In this document: one piece after another, positions 28,211-36,819 of the stretch
Layout of the letters: every line of letters begins with the position of its first letter
How positions within the stretch are numbered: position 1 is the first letter of the stretch
DNA from: Burkholderiales bacterium
GTDB taxonomy: Bacteria; Pseudomonadota; Gammaproteobacteria; Burkholderiales; Ga0077523
NCBI GenBank assembly: GCA_044339985.1
Contig: JBIIUM010000004.1
Coordinates: 1-58,985 of the forward strand
Reading direction: 5' to 3'
DNA: 58,985 nt
Translations under genes and position numbers: made by a program
Notes under the pieces: generated by a model
Told to the model about the DNA's origin: nothing
Databases searched by the model: none
What the model saw: the letters and a program-made list of their open reading frames with translations, nothing else

Positions 28211-30169
28211 ATGCACGACGCCCTCTCGCTCGCACTCATCCTGCTCGCCGCCGCGGTGTTCGTGGTGGTCCTGTTCCGTCGCCTGGATTTGCCGCCGCTG
28301 CTGGGCTACCTGATGGTGGGCATCGGCATCGGGCCCCACGCCAGCGGGCTGCTGCCCGATGTGGAGCATGTGGCGCCGCTGGCGGAGTTCGGCGTGGTGT
28401 TCCTGATGTTTTCCATCGGGCTCGAATTCAGCCTTCCCAAGCTCATGACCATGCGCCGGCTCGTATTCGGGCTGGGCACGGCGCAGGTGGTGCTGACGGC
28501 ATTCCTGGCGGCGCTCGTGGTGAAGCTTGCCGGGCAGGGCTGGGCGGCGGGACTGGTGGTGGGTGCCGCGGCCACCATGTCTTCCACGGCGATCCTCGGC
28601 AAGATGCTGGCGGAAAAACTTGAACTCAACAGCGCCCACGGTCGCCAGATCATGGGTGTGCTGCTGTTCCAGGACCTGGCTGTGGTGCCGCTGCTGATTC
28701 TGCTGCCGGCGGTGGCCGCCGGCGGCGGCGCCCTGTGGGCGAATCTGCTGGACGCCGCCTGGAAAGCCGCGGTGCTTCTTGTGCTGTTGCTGGGGGTGGG
28801 CCAGCGGCTGATGCGCCCCTGGTTTGCCGTGGTGGCGGCGCGTCGTTCGCCCGAGCTGTTCGCCCTCAACGTGCTGCTCATCACCTTGCTGCTGGCCTGG
28901 CTCACGGAGCAGGCCGGCCTGTCCCTGGCGCTGGGCGCCTTCGTGGCTGGCATGCTGATCTCCGAGACGCCCTATCGCTTCCAGGTGGAGGAGGACATCA
29001 AGCCGTTCCGCGACTTGCTGCTGGGGCTGTTTTTCGTGAGCGTTGGCGCACGTCTCGATCTGGCGCTGGTGTGGCAGCAGGCGGCCGTGGTGGGCGCGGT
29101 GGTGGCAGCGCTGCTGGCGCTCAAGGCCGCGTTGGTGGCCGGGCTTGCGCGGTTGTTCGGCGCCGATGCCGGCACCGCCATGCGCACCGGCCTTGCCCTG
29201 GCAGGAGCGGGCGAGTTCGGTTTCGTCATGCTGTCGCGCGGCGCCGAGTTGCAGATGCTGTCGCCAGGCGCGCAGCAGGTGGTGCTGGCGGGGCTGGTGC
29301 TGTCCATGCTGGCCTCCCCCTTCATCGTGCAGGAGTCCGAGCGCCTGGTGCGGCGCTGGATAGGCTCGGACTGGATGACTCGCGCCATGGCGCTGCACAA
29401 CATCGCCGTGCAGACCATGGGCGCCCAGTCCCACGTGATCATCTGCGGCTATGGCCGCAGCGGCCAGAACCTGGCCCGCATCCTCGAGCAGGAGGCCATC
29501 GCCTTCGTGGCGCTGGACCTGGACCCGCGCCGCGTGCAGGAGGCTTCCCTGGCGGGTGAGTCGGTGGTGTTCGGCGACGCTGCACGCACTGAGGTGCTGT
29601 TGGCCGCCGGGCTGATGCGGGCCGCGGCGCTGGTGGTGTCCTACGCGGATACGCATTCGGCGCTGCGCATCCTGGAAGTGGTGCGCAACCAGCGCCCCGG
29701 CATGCCGGTGATCGTGCGCACCCTGGATGAAGCCGACGTGGACACGCTGCGCAATGCCGGCGCCGCCGAGGTGGTGGCCGAAATCATGGAGGGCAGCCTG
29801 ATGCTTGCCTCCCACGCCCTGATGCTGCTGGGGGTGCCCTTCAACCGGGTGCTGCGGCGAATACGCTCCACCCGCGAGCAGCGCTACAGCCTGTTCCGCG
29901 GCTTCTACCCCGGCATCACCGACTCCGCCGACGAGGAGCCCGTGCGGTTGCACTCGGTGCAGTTGCCTCCGGGCGCGGCAGCCATCGGCCGGCGGCTGGA
30001 GGACCTGGATTTCGCCCACGCACGGGTGGACGTCACCGCCATCCGCCGCCACGGCGTGCGCGGCCTGGACCCCGCGCCCCAGACCGTTCTGGAAGAGGGC
30101 GACGTGCTGGTACTGAAGGGGCGAGAGGCCGATCTGGCCGTGGGTGAGGCGCTGTTGTTGAGCGCCTGA
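28211..30169 (+). CDS. CPA2-family monovalent cation:proton antiporter (Kef/YbaL-like) with TrkA-N and TrkA-C domains
   Basis: LAEFGVVFLMFSIGLEFS, LLFQD, ALGAFVAGM, GEFGF, CGYGRSG nucleotide-binding fold; ATG 28211. Confidence 0.92.
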   Translation: MHDALSLALILLAAAVFVVVLFRRLDLPPLLGYLMVGIGIGPHASGLLPDVEHVAPLAEFGVVFLMFSIGLEFSLPKLMTMRRLVFGLGTAQVVLTAFLAALVVKLAGQGWAAGLVVGAAATMSSTAILGKMLAEKLELNSAHGRQIMGVLLFQDLAVVPLLILLPAVAAGGGALWANLLDAAWKAAVLLVLLLGVGQRLMRPWFAVVAARRSPELFALNVLLITLLLAWLTEQAGLSLALGAFVAGMLISETPYRFQVEEDIKPFRDLLLGLFFVSVGARLDLALVWQQAAVVGAVVAALLALKAALVAGLARLFGADAGTAMRTGLALAGAGEFGFVMLSRGAELQMLSPGAQQVVLAGLVLSMLASPFIVQESERLVRRWIGSDWMTRAMALHNIAVQTMGAQSHVIICGYGRSGQNLARILEQEAIAFVALDLDPRRVQEASLAGESVVFGDAARTEVLLAAGLMRAAALVVSYADTHSALRILEVVRNQRPGMPVIVRTLDEADVDTLRNAGAAEVVAEIMEGSLMLASHALMLLGVPFNRVLRRIRSTREQRYSLFRGFYPGITDSADEEPVRLHSVQLPPGAAAIGRRLEDLDFAHARVDVTAIRRHGVRGLDPAPQTVLEEGDVLVLKGREADLAVGEALLLSA

Positions 30170-30178
30170 GCGCAGGGC

Positions 30179-30213
30179 AAAAAACGTCCGCGCGCGGGGC
30201 GGGCGGACGTTTT
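30179..30213. terminator. Rho-independent, probably bidirectional terminator between the antiporter and the major pilin gene
   Basis: AAAACGTCCGC...GCGGACGTTTT stem, with an A6 run on the left (U-tract on the minus strand). Confidence 0.75.
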
Positions 30214-30247
30214 CCCACGCTGCCGCACGGAGGGCAGCCGCGGAGCG

Positions 30248-30949
30248 CTACATGAAGCTGGCGGCGCCGCAGTTCACGTTGGTCTGGCCGGTGAGGTTCC
30301 ACGCGCCAGCGGCCGTGATGCAGGCCGGCGCTGCGCCCGGAGCGTCGGGAGCAGTTCCACCCTGGGTGAAAACAGAGAACACGAACGAGCCGGAGATTCC
30401 GTTGCCGTCGTCGGTCTTGCGGTCCACCTCCGCAACGATTTCCACCGGGATCTGGCTGCCTGTCTTGAGGCTGTGACGTTCAGCGGCTGTGGCGCCAGTG
30501 GCCACTGCGTAAACATTGTCGTAGGCAAGCCCGAGGTACTGGCCGTACGGGTTCTTGGGGATCACCAAATCGCCGACGGTCGCGTTATACACATAATTGC
30601 CATTGATGAAACCAGACTTGGACAGGTGCTCCCAGACAAGGAAGGGCTCGGTTACGGCTGAATTGCCCGTTCCGGACGATTTGATGACGCCATCGCCGTT
30701 GCCGTTGGTGGTGGCGCCCTGGATGTTCTGCACAGCGCTGGCGTAATCGCCTGGCAGGCCGCGGTAGCGATCCTGAAAGCCGAAGAACGCGGCCTTGATG
30801 CCGTCCTGCTGCTGGATGAGATTGCGCACGCGCGCCGAGGTGATGAGTTCCTGCCCCTTGAGGATGCCGCCGAGCAGCAGCCCGATGATCACCAGCACGA
30901 TGGCGATTTCGATCAGCGTGAAGCCTTTTTGGGGGTTGCGGGGTTTCAT
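30248..30949 (-). CDS. Putative major pilin/pseudopilin with class III signal peptide
   Basis: MKPRNPQKG|FTLIEIAIVLVIIGLLLGG (G-1, F+1, E+5); C-terminal Cys pair; own promoter, RBS (AAGGA) and terminator. Confidence 0.88.
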   Translation of the reverse strand: MKPRNPQKGFTLIEIAIVLVIIGLLLGGILKGQELITSARVRNLIQQQDGIKAAFFGFQDRYRGLPGDYASAVQNIQGATTNGNGDGVIKSSGTGNSAVTEPFLVWEHLSKSGFINGNYVYNATVGDLVIPKNPYGQYLGLAYDNVYAVATGATAAERHSLKTGSQIPVEIVAEVDRKTDDGNGISGSFVFSVFTQGGTAPDAPGAAPACITAAGAWNLTGQTNVNCGAASFM

Positions 30950-30990
30950 GGCAGATTTCCTTGAGTGATACGACTCGCGGATAACCGCAG

Positions 30991-31005
30991 GCTATTTTCG
31001 TGCCA
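30991..31005 (-). promoter_or_regulatory. Sigma54 (-24/-12) promoter of the pilin gene
   Basis: Minus strand TGGCACGAAAATAGC: GG-N10-GC spacing exact, 1 mismatch to TGGCACG-N4-TTGC, 41 nt upstream of the ATG. Confidence 0.8.
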
Positions 31006-31020
31006 GCTGGCCAAAATGAA

Positions 31021-31046
31021 TATTCTTTTGTTTACACAATGACTTA
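31021..31046. promoter_or_regulatory. IHF-like site with A/T tract
   Basis: TATTCTTTTGTTT followed by ACACAATGACTTA (CAA-N4-TTA core of WATCAANNNNTTR), between the promoter and the putative enhancer. Confidence 0.55.
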
Positions 31047-31100
31047 AAAAAATCGCCTGCATCGGCGTAGATGCTTGCCGCCGCGAGCGTTGCACCATTC

Positions 31101-31134
31101 GACGGCGTTTCGACTGTGTTGACGGTTTTTCGGC
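31101..31134. promoter_or_regulatory. Tandem candidate enhancer (UAS) boxes for a sigma54 activator
   Basis: GACGGCGTTTCGAC (31101-31114) and GACGGTTTTTCGGC (31121-31134), 20 bp periodicity, about 120-155 nt upstream of the inferred start site. Confidence 0.55.
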
Positions 31135-31171
31135 GCGCGCCCTGGGGGTATCCGGTGCCGGGGCGGCGGTG

Positions 31172-31915
31172 TCAGGGCGTGTTGCCCGTTGACGGGCGAT
31201 GTAGCTGCAGCCTCTCGAGCCGTTCGGCGAGAAAGCGGATCTCGCTCGGGTCGGTGACCGTGCCGCTGGCCAGCAACCCGCCCAGCAGCACCCGGGCAGC
31301 TTCATACTCGCCCAGATCTTCCCGCAGGAAGATGTGCATCTGCCGGGCCCAACCGGGTACGCCGGGGCCGTGGGCATGGTCGCGCAGCGCGTCGGCGTAG
31401 CGCACCGCCAGCGGCAGGTCCTTCAGGCGATGCTTGGCCATGATGGCGCCGTGGGCCAGCCAGGGCCAGCGGCGCTCGGGGTCTTCCAGGAATTTCTCCA
31501 GGACGAACTCCGCCATGAGGCGCGATTTTTCAGGGAACCCGTACACCTGGCCGTACACATGGGAGGCCATGAGCAGCGGATACTGCCCGGCAGGATCAAG
31601 GCCCAGGATGCGGTCTAGCCATCCGGCTACGCGGGGGTAATCGAGTTCGGCAAAGGGGATGCTCACGCCAGGCTGATTGTCGAAGGCTTGCAGCCACAAC
31701 GTCAGAATCTGGGCGAGGCCGATGGGCTCGCCGAGCGCCGCGACTCGAAGCGCCGCCAGAGCGGGGGGCACCGGCAGATCACCAGCTTGCGCCTTGGGAG
31801 GGGAGCGCTGCCACTGAAAGCCCAGGTGCAGGGCGAGCGCCAGCGCCAGAGCGGCGAGGGTTGCCGCGGGTACGGCAGCCATGGGCCGCTCATCGCGGTG
31901 CTGCCGCGGCTTCAC
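31172..31915 (-). CDS. Membrane-anchored helical (TPR-like) accessory protein, possibly PilG/XapA-like
   Basis: N-terminal TM segment, then LWLQAFDNQPG...LDYPRVAGWLDRILGLDPAGQYPLLMA...WPWLAHGA...PGWAR; GTGA overlap with the permease; alternative start ATG 31882. Confidence 0.65.
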   Translation of the reverse strand: MKPRQHRDERPMAAVPAATLAALALALALHLGFQWQRSPPKAQAGDLPVPPALAALRVAALGEPIGLAQILTLWLQAFDNQPGVSIPFAELDYPRVAGWLDRILGLDPAGQYPLLMASHVYGQVYGFPEKSRLMAEFVLEKFLEDPERRWPWLAHGAIMAKHRLKDLPLAVRYADALRDHAHGPGVPGWARQMHIFLREDLGEYEAARVLLGGLLASGTVTDPSEIRFLAERLERLQLHRPSTGNTP

Positions 31916-32691
31916 TGGTTGCGCCGGTAAAGGTCGAAGCAGGCCGCCGTGAACAGCAGCAGCACGTACACCGCGCTCTGCGCGGCGATCCCGGGCAGTT
32001 CAGCCCAGGGCGCGCCTTCGCCCAGGAGCCACGCCGTGCGGGTGAACCGATCCAGATCGGGCAGTGCCAACTCGACGGTACGTACCGCCACTACTGCGGC
32101 GCGGTGCGTCCAGGAGCCATCGTCCAGCAGCGCCGAACCAGCGATCAGCACCACCGCCGCCATGGTCCGCGAAAGGACGTAGAAGGACAGCACGAAGGCG
32201 GCCGCCAGCATGAGCTGGCTGAACGTGATGACGCAAAACAGCGCCGCCGCCGCCACCAGCAGGCTTTCCAGGCCCAGAGACAGCGCCCAGGCGCACCACG
32301 CACCCGCCGGCGCCACTGCGGCCAGGGGCAACGCCAGCACCGCCGAGGCAGCCAGCGCAACGGCGCCATAGCCCAGCAGCTTTCCGCACAGGTATTGCCC
32401 GCGGGTGATGTCCGCCGCCAGCAGCAGCTCGGTGACTTTGTCCTGGTTTTCGCGCAGCATGCTTGCAAGCACGTGCATGCACACCACGAACACGGCTGCG
32501 AGCCGCACGCCGGCAGCCAGCAATCCGGCCTGGATACGCGCAGCCTCCGTGATGGCAAGACTCCGCGCGAACAGCGCGGCGCCGAACAGCGATAGGGCCA
32601 TGGCCAGCACGATCCAGGGAAGGCGCGTGCGCAGCGCCTCGATCCACGCAAAGGAAGCCACTACGCGAATGCGCTCGACAGCGCTGGACAT
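31912..32691 (-). CDS. ABC-2-type exporter permease (PilI/Xap-like)
   Basis: About six TM segments; EALRTR near the N-terminus, ELLLAADITRGQYLCGKLLG, LPDL and C-terminal FDLYRR motifs. Confidence 0.8.
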   Translation of the reverse strand: MSSAVERIRVVASFAWIEALRTRLPWIVLAMALSLFGAALFARSLAITEAARIQAGLLAAGVRLAAVFVVCMHVLASMLRENQDKVTELLLAADITRGQYLCGKLLGYGAVALAASAVLALPLAAVAPAGAWCAWALSLGLESLLVAAAALFCVITFSQLMLAAAFVLSFYVLSRTMAAVVLIAGSALLDDGSWTHRAAVVAVRTVELALPDLDRFTRTAWLLGEGAPWAELPGIAAQSAVYVLLLFTAACFDLYRRNQ

Positions 32692-32787
32692 CAGGGTTGC
32701 TCGCGGTCAAGGATAGACAGCCGGATGTTAACCGACGCGATCCTGCCCGCGCCCTCACAGCCGCCCCATTGATTCCCGCCGCCCGCC

Positions 32788-34500
32788 ATGCCGCTGCCTT
32801 TTGCCGCTGAATTTCTCTGGCGCCGCCAGAACCTGACCTTCAGCCTGATGCTGGCGGCCCTGCACCTTGCCCTGGCGCTCGAACTGCAGGGTGGCGCACT
32901 CAAGGCGTTCGTGCTCATGCATTTCGGACTGTTTCTTCTCTGGCAACCCATGTGGCAGGGCGGTCGCGATCTGGTGCCGGGCCATGCGGCTGTGCTGGTG
33001 GCGGCGGGTGTTGCCCTGGCCTGGTGGTCCAACGGGTGGTTGCTGGCGTTGTGGATTGCCGTGCTGTTTGCGCTGATCGGCAGCCGCTTGCCGGGTATGC
33101 GCGACGGGCGCCAGCGCGCAGCCTCGTTGCTGGCCGCTTTTTACTTGATGGCGCTGTTGTTTGCTTGGGTGGTTCCCAAGCTTTTCGAAAACGCACAAGG
33201 CTATCCGCCCTTCGCGCTCGACCTGATTCGCTATGGCCTGATCGTGCCGGTGGTGATCATCGCGTGGCTGCCTGCCGAGGCGCGCTCCGAGCCCGCCCGT
33301 CAGGGCATCGACCTGGTGTACAGCCTGCTGCTGTTCCTGCTGATGGTGGTGCTGGTGCTGGGCGCGCTGTTCGTGCAGCGACTGGCGGGGGGGGGCTACG
33401 TGGCAGCGCTTGCCGCCACCGTGCTGGGGGTCGCGGCGATGCTGCTGCTGCTGGCATGGCTTTGGGACCCTCGCGGGGGCTTCGAGGGCATCGGGCAACT
33501 GCTGTCCCGGTACTTCCTGAGCCTGGGGCTGCCGTTCGAGCAGTGGATGCACCGCCTTGCGAGCCTCGCCGAGAGCGAGACCGATCCGGAACGCTTCCTC
33601 AGCAGCGCCTCTCGGGAGATGCTGGGTCTGCCCTGGTTATCGGGTGTTTCCTGGCAGTGCGAACGGGGCAGCGGGGCGGCGGGCGTTGCCAAGGGCGCAG
33701 TGACACGCCTGAACGCCGGGGGTCTGATTCTGGAGATGCACACCCGCGTCAGGCCGAGCCCGGCGTTGCTGATGCATATGCGCCTGCTGGCGCAGTTGCT
33801 GGGCGACTATTACGCCGCAAAGGTGCGAGAGGAGGCGCAACGCAGCAGCGCGTATGTGCAGGCCGTGCACGAAACCGGCGCTCGCCTCACCCACGATGTC
33901 AAGAACCTGTTGCAGTCGCTGCGCTCCCTGTGTTCGGCAGCGCAGTCCGCGGGCGCCCGCGACGACGAGGCGCTGCGGCGGCTGATCCAGCGTCAACTGC
34001 CGCTGATGGCGCAGCGGCTTCAGGTGACCCTGGACAAGATCGAGGCGCGTCCCGCTTCCGGTGAGGAGCGCGATGCACCGGCGGCCGAGTGGTGGCGCGC
34101 CCTGGGGCAGCGCCATGCCCACGAGCGGGTGGATCTGCGCGCCCGAACCCTGCCGGCTTCGGCCCACGTGCCCGCCGATCTGTTCGATCGCGTCGTGGAG
34201 AACCTGCTGCACAACGCCCTGGAGAAGCGCCAGCGGCGCGAGGCTTCGGAGGTGACCGTGGAACTGGCCTGCGAGGGCAATGCCTGCCGCCTGGCGGTAA
34301 GCGATGATGGCGAAGCCGTGCCCCAGTCTTTGGCCAGGCGCCTGTTCGAAGCGCCCGTGCCCTCGGCCAGCGGGCTGGGGGTCGGCTTGTATCAGAGCGC
34401 CCGGTACGCCGCCGAGCGCGGCTACCGCCTGACGCTGGAGCGCAATGTGCGCGGCGACGTGCGCTTCGTGCTGGCGCCGGCCGATTCAGACCCGGGTTGA
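32788..34500 (+). CDS. Polytopic membrane sensor histidine kinase (PrsK-like H-box)
   Basis: About 8 TM segments; H-box LTHDVKNLL, N-box ENLLHNALE, G1 SDDG, G2 GLGVGLYQS. Confidence 0.88.
   Translation: MPLPFAAEFLWRRQNLTFSLMLAALHLALALELQGGALKAFVLMHFGLFLLWQPMWQGGRDLVPGHAAVLVAAGVALAWWSNGWLLALWIAVLFALIGSRLPGMRDGRQRAASLLAAFYLMALLFAWVVPKLFENAQGYPPFALDLIRYGLIVPVVIIAWLPAEARSEPARQGIDLVYSLLLFLLMVVLVLGALFVQRLAGGGYVAALAATVLGVAAMLLLLAWLWDPRGGFEGIGQLLSRYFLSLGLPFEQWMHRLASLAESETDPERFLSSASREMLGLPWLSGVSWQCERGSGAAGVAKGAVTRLNAGGLILEMHTRVRPSPALLMHMRLLAQLLGDYYAAKVREEAQRSSAYVQAVHETGARLTHDVKNLLQSLRSLCSAAQSAGARDDEALRRLIQRQLPLMAQRLQVTLDKIEARPASGEERDAPAAEWWRALGQRHAHERVDLRARTLPASAHVPADLFDRVVENLLHNALEKRQRREASEVTVELACEGNACRLAVSDDGEAVPQSLARRLFEAPVPSASGLGVGLYQSARYAAERGYRLTLERNVRGDVRFVLAPADSDPG
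33387..33395 (+). repeat. G9 homopolymer within the kinase gene
   Basis: ctggc-GGGGGGGGG-ctac, currently in frame (A-G-G-G-Y). Confidence 0.9.
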
Positions 34501-34527
34501 AGATCGGCCAGACGTTACCGCCCGGCG

Positions 34528-35379
34528 TCAGGGCAGGGTGCCCGCCGCGATCATGCGCGCCAGCAGGGTGGAGGGCGAAATCCAAACGATCTGGTCGTCG
34601 AACTGGTCGGACCCCGCGGAGTCCCGGGGGCGGCTGACGAAATACAGTTTTCCCGTGGCGGCGGTGAGGTGATCGCCGGTGTTTTCCCGCTCGTCATCGC
34701 TGAAGCTCGCGGGTGCGGGTCCATTGGGACCAAGCGAGAAGACCACTGCCACGGCGTTACCGTTGGCGAGCGCGTAATTGCCGCTGCCCGTGCAACTGGT
34801 ATCCGCGAAAGCAGCCCGGGCAGAAGCGCAAACGCTCAGGTAGCCGTCGCTACCCGCGATCGATTGCAGCGAAACCTTGCCGGCGGGCAGTGGCGAAACA
34901 CCCGAGATGGCGCCTGTGGTGGTAACCGGATTGGCGATGGCCCCCACGGCGAAGGAAGCATCCACCGAGGAGCGTACCGCGTAGCGGATGCGGTTGGAAT
35001 TGGCGCCAGCACTGTCCACCAGACCAAAGGGATCGGACAGATAGCCCTGAGCGTCCACGCCCGACATCCCCAAAGTTGCCGCGGGCAGAAACCCGGCCTG
35101 AACGCTACAGGGGCCTCCCCCTGTTGGTGCCTCAGCACCGTTGCTCGTTGCGGTGGCCGGGCATGGCAGCCGTGCATTCACGGCGGCGAAGGCAAGCAGC
35201 GCCTCGCGGGCATCCTCGAGCGAGCGCCGGGTTTCGTCCCAGCGGCGCTGCTCCACCTGGGTGGCCAGCGGCACCAGCAGCCCGGCGAGCAGCGTGGCCA
35301 CGATCACCAGGCCAAGAGCCAGTTCGATGAGCGAAAGGCCGCGTTGGCGGCATTGCGAAATCATCGTCAGGGAGGGCAT
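34528..35379 (-). CDS. Minor pilin/pseudopilin with class III signal peptide
   Basis: RQRG|LSLIELALGLVIVATLLAGLLVPL, RLPCPA, FDDQIVWIS; alternative start at 35364. Confidence 0.85.
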   Translation of the reverse strand: MPSLTMISQCRQRGLSLIELALGLVIVATLLAGLLVPLATQVEQRRWDETRRSLEDAREALLAFAAVNARLPCPATATSNGAEAPTGGGPCSVQAGFLPAATLGMSGVDAQGYLSDPFGLVDSAGANSNRIRYAVRSSVDASFAVGAIANPVTTTGAISGVSPLPAGKVSLQSIAGSDGYLSVCASARAAFADTSCTGSGNYALANGNAVAVVFSLGPNGPAPASFSDDERENTGDHLTAATGKLYFVSRPRDSAGSDQFDDQIVWISPSTLLARMIAAGTLP

Positions 35380-36818
35380 GCGGCAGTCACGGGGACCGTC
35401 AGCGAGGCATCGATGCCGCAGACGATGTTGTCGTTGAAGGGCGCCGGGCCAGAACTGGCGAATGCACCGTTGCCAGCCATGGAGGCTTGGGTCCTGTTGG
35501 GTTCCTCGAGGTAGTTTGCCACGTCCTGTACCTCGGTGGTGCCAGGGCGGCGTGACTGACCGGCGAACGGCGGGCCGGCGAACATAACCCCGGCTGCCAT
35601 GGGGGTGCCGTTCACGGTGATGCAGTCGTTGGCGCCGCAACCGCGGCCACCCGCACTGCCGGCGGGGCGGAAGGCATCGCTGAGGGCATAGAACAGCTGG
35701 TCCTTGAAGTTGGCGTACCAGATGTTGGTCTGCGCGGTCCAGTTGGCGCATCTGCCGCCCACGCTGCTGGTACCCAGCAGTCGTAAGGCCGCGTTGCCCG
35801 TCACGCCATTCGAAACCGGCGTCTTGAAGGGGACGCGCCCGGAGAAAGTGTTGTCCGCATCCTGCTGGCTGTCGCTGTTCACGATGTCGGCGGTGATGGG
35901 CGCCGCCCAGGGGAGTCGTTCGTCAGCCGGATCGCTGGGGTACCTCGCGACGCACTCCGCCACCTTCCGGGTGAGGTCGGCGGCCCTGGCCTGAAAAAAG
36001 CGGCTGCGCCAGATGGCTGACCACACCTCCCGGGCGGTGATGACGATCAACTGATCGTTGAACCCCGGCACGGCGGGGCCTTGGACGAAACTGCTGTTGG
36101 CGCCGGCGTCGGGCGCCGTGGTGGCGATCAGCGCATTGTCGATCCCGGCACGGGTATCCAGGTAATTCGAGGCCGCATAGTTGCCGCCGCAGTCGGAAGT
36201 GCCGGTCACGCGGGTCCGGTTCTGACCACCCAGCGCGAGACCAGGTGCGAAGACGATGGCCACGGCACGGTCGTAGCCGTTGTCGGCTGTCAAACGGCTG
36301 GCGCCGTCCGGCCCGAACACGTCCAGCTGGCCGGGTGTATCCCAGTTGAACAGGTCGCGCTGGGTTGTCTGATCGGCGGCCGCGATGAAGTCGTTGGTCT
36401 TGAGGGCGCTGGCTTTGTAGCGCCCCGCCACGGCGTACCACAGGCACTCGCCCGAGGCATCGCGCAGGGTCGGGATGTCCAGCGTGTACCAGGGCAGCCG
36501 TCCAAGGGCATTCACGTTCCGCCCGCGACAGGGAGAATCGGCCGTACCGTCGCGGGTATCGGCGGAGGTGTCCGGACAGGGCAGGAAGCCCGGAAGGTCT
36601 TCGCTGGGGTCGTGGTTCTCCGCGTAGGTCACTGCATAGGCCAGCAGCGCGGCCTTGGCCTGCACCAGCGCTTCGCGGGTGGTGCGATCGCGCGAGGCGG
36701 TGTCTGTGCCAGTGACCCGTGAGGTGAGCAATCCCGCGGTGAACAGCACCGCCAGCAGGCCCGCCATCACCAGCAGGGCGAGCATCAGGGCGCCGCGCTG
36801 CACACGTCGCGAGGCCAT
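35367..36818 (-). CDS. Large PilX/GspK-like minor pilin (no Glu+5), Cys-rich, two-domain
   Basis: MASRRVQRG|ALMLALLVMAGLLAVL, LPCPD, GRLPWYTL, CLWYAV; start at ATG 36818. Confidence 0.8.
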   Translation of the reverse strand: MASRRVQRGALMLALLVMAGLLAVLFTAGLLTSRVTGTDTASRDRTTREALVQAKAALLAYAVTYAENHDPSEDLPGFLPCPDTSADTRDGTADSPCRGRNVNALGRLPWYTLDIPTLRDASGECLWYAVAGRYKASALKTNDFIAAADQTTQRDLFNWDTPGQLDVFGPDGASRLTADNGYDRAVAIVFAPGLALGGQNRTRVTGTSDCGGNYAASNYLDTRAGIDNALIATTAPDAGANSSFVQGPAVPGFNDQLIVITAREVWSAIWRSRFFQARAADLTRKVAECVARYPSDPADERLPWAAPITADIVNSDSQQDADNTFSGRVPFKTPVSNGVTGNAALRLLGTSSVGGRCANWTAQTNIWYANFKDQLFYALSDAFRPAGSAGGRGCGANDCITVNGTPMAAGVMFAGPPFAGQSRRPGTTEVQDVANYLEEPNRTQASMAGNGAFASSGPAPFNDNIVCGIDASLTVPVTAACPP

Positions 36819-36819
36819 T

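Noticed and set aside
30248-30949. Geobacter-type conductive e-pilin
   Set aside because: The pilin is long (224 aa mature), lacks the short PilA-N form and its aromatic spacing, and no multiheme cytochromes (repeated CxxCH) were seen in the window.
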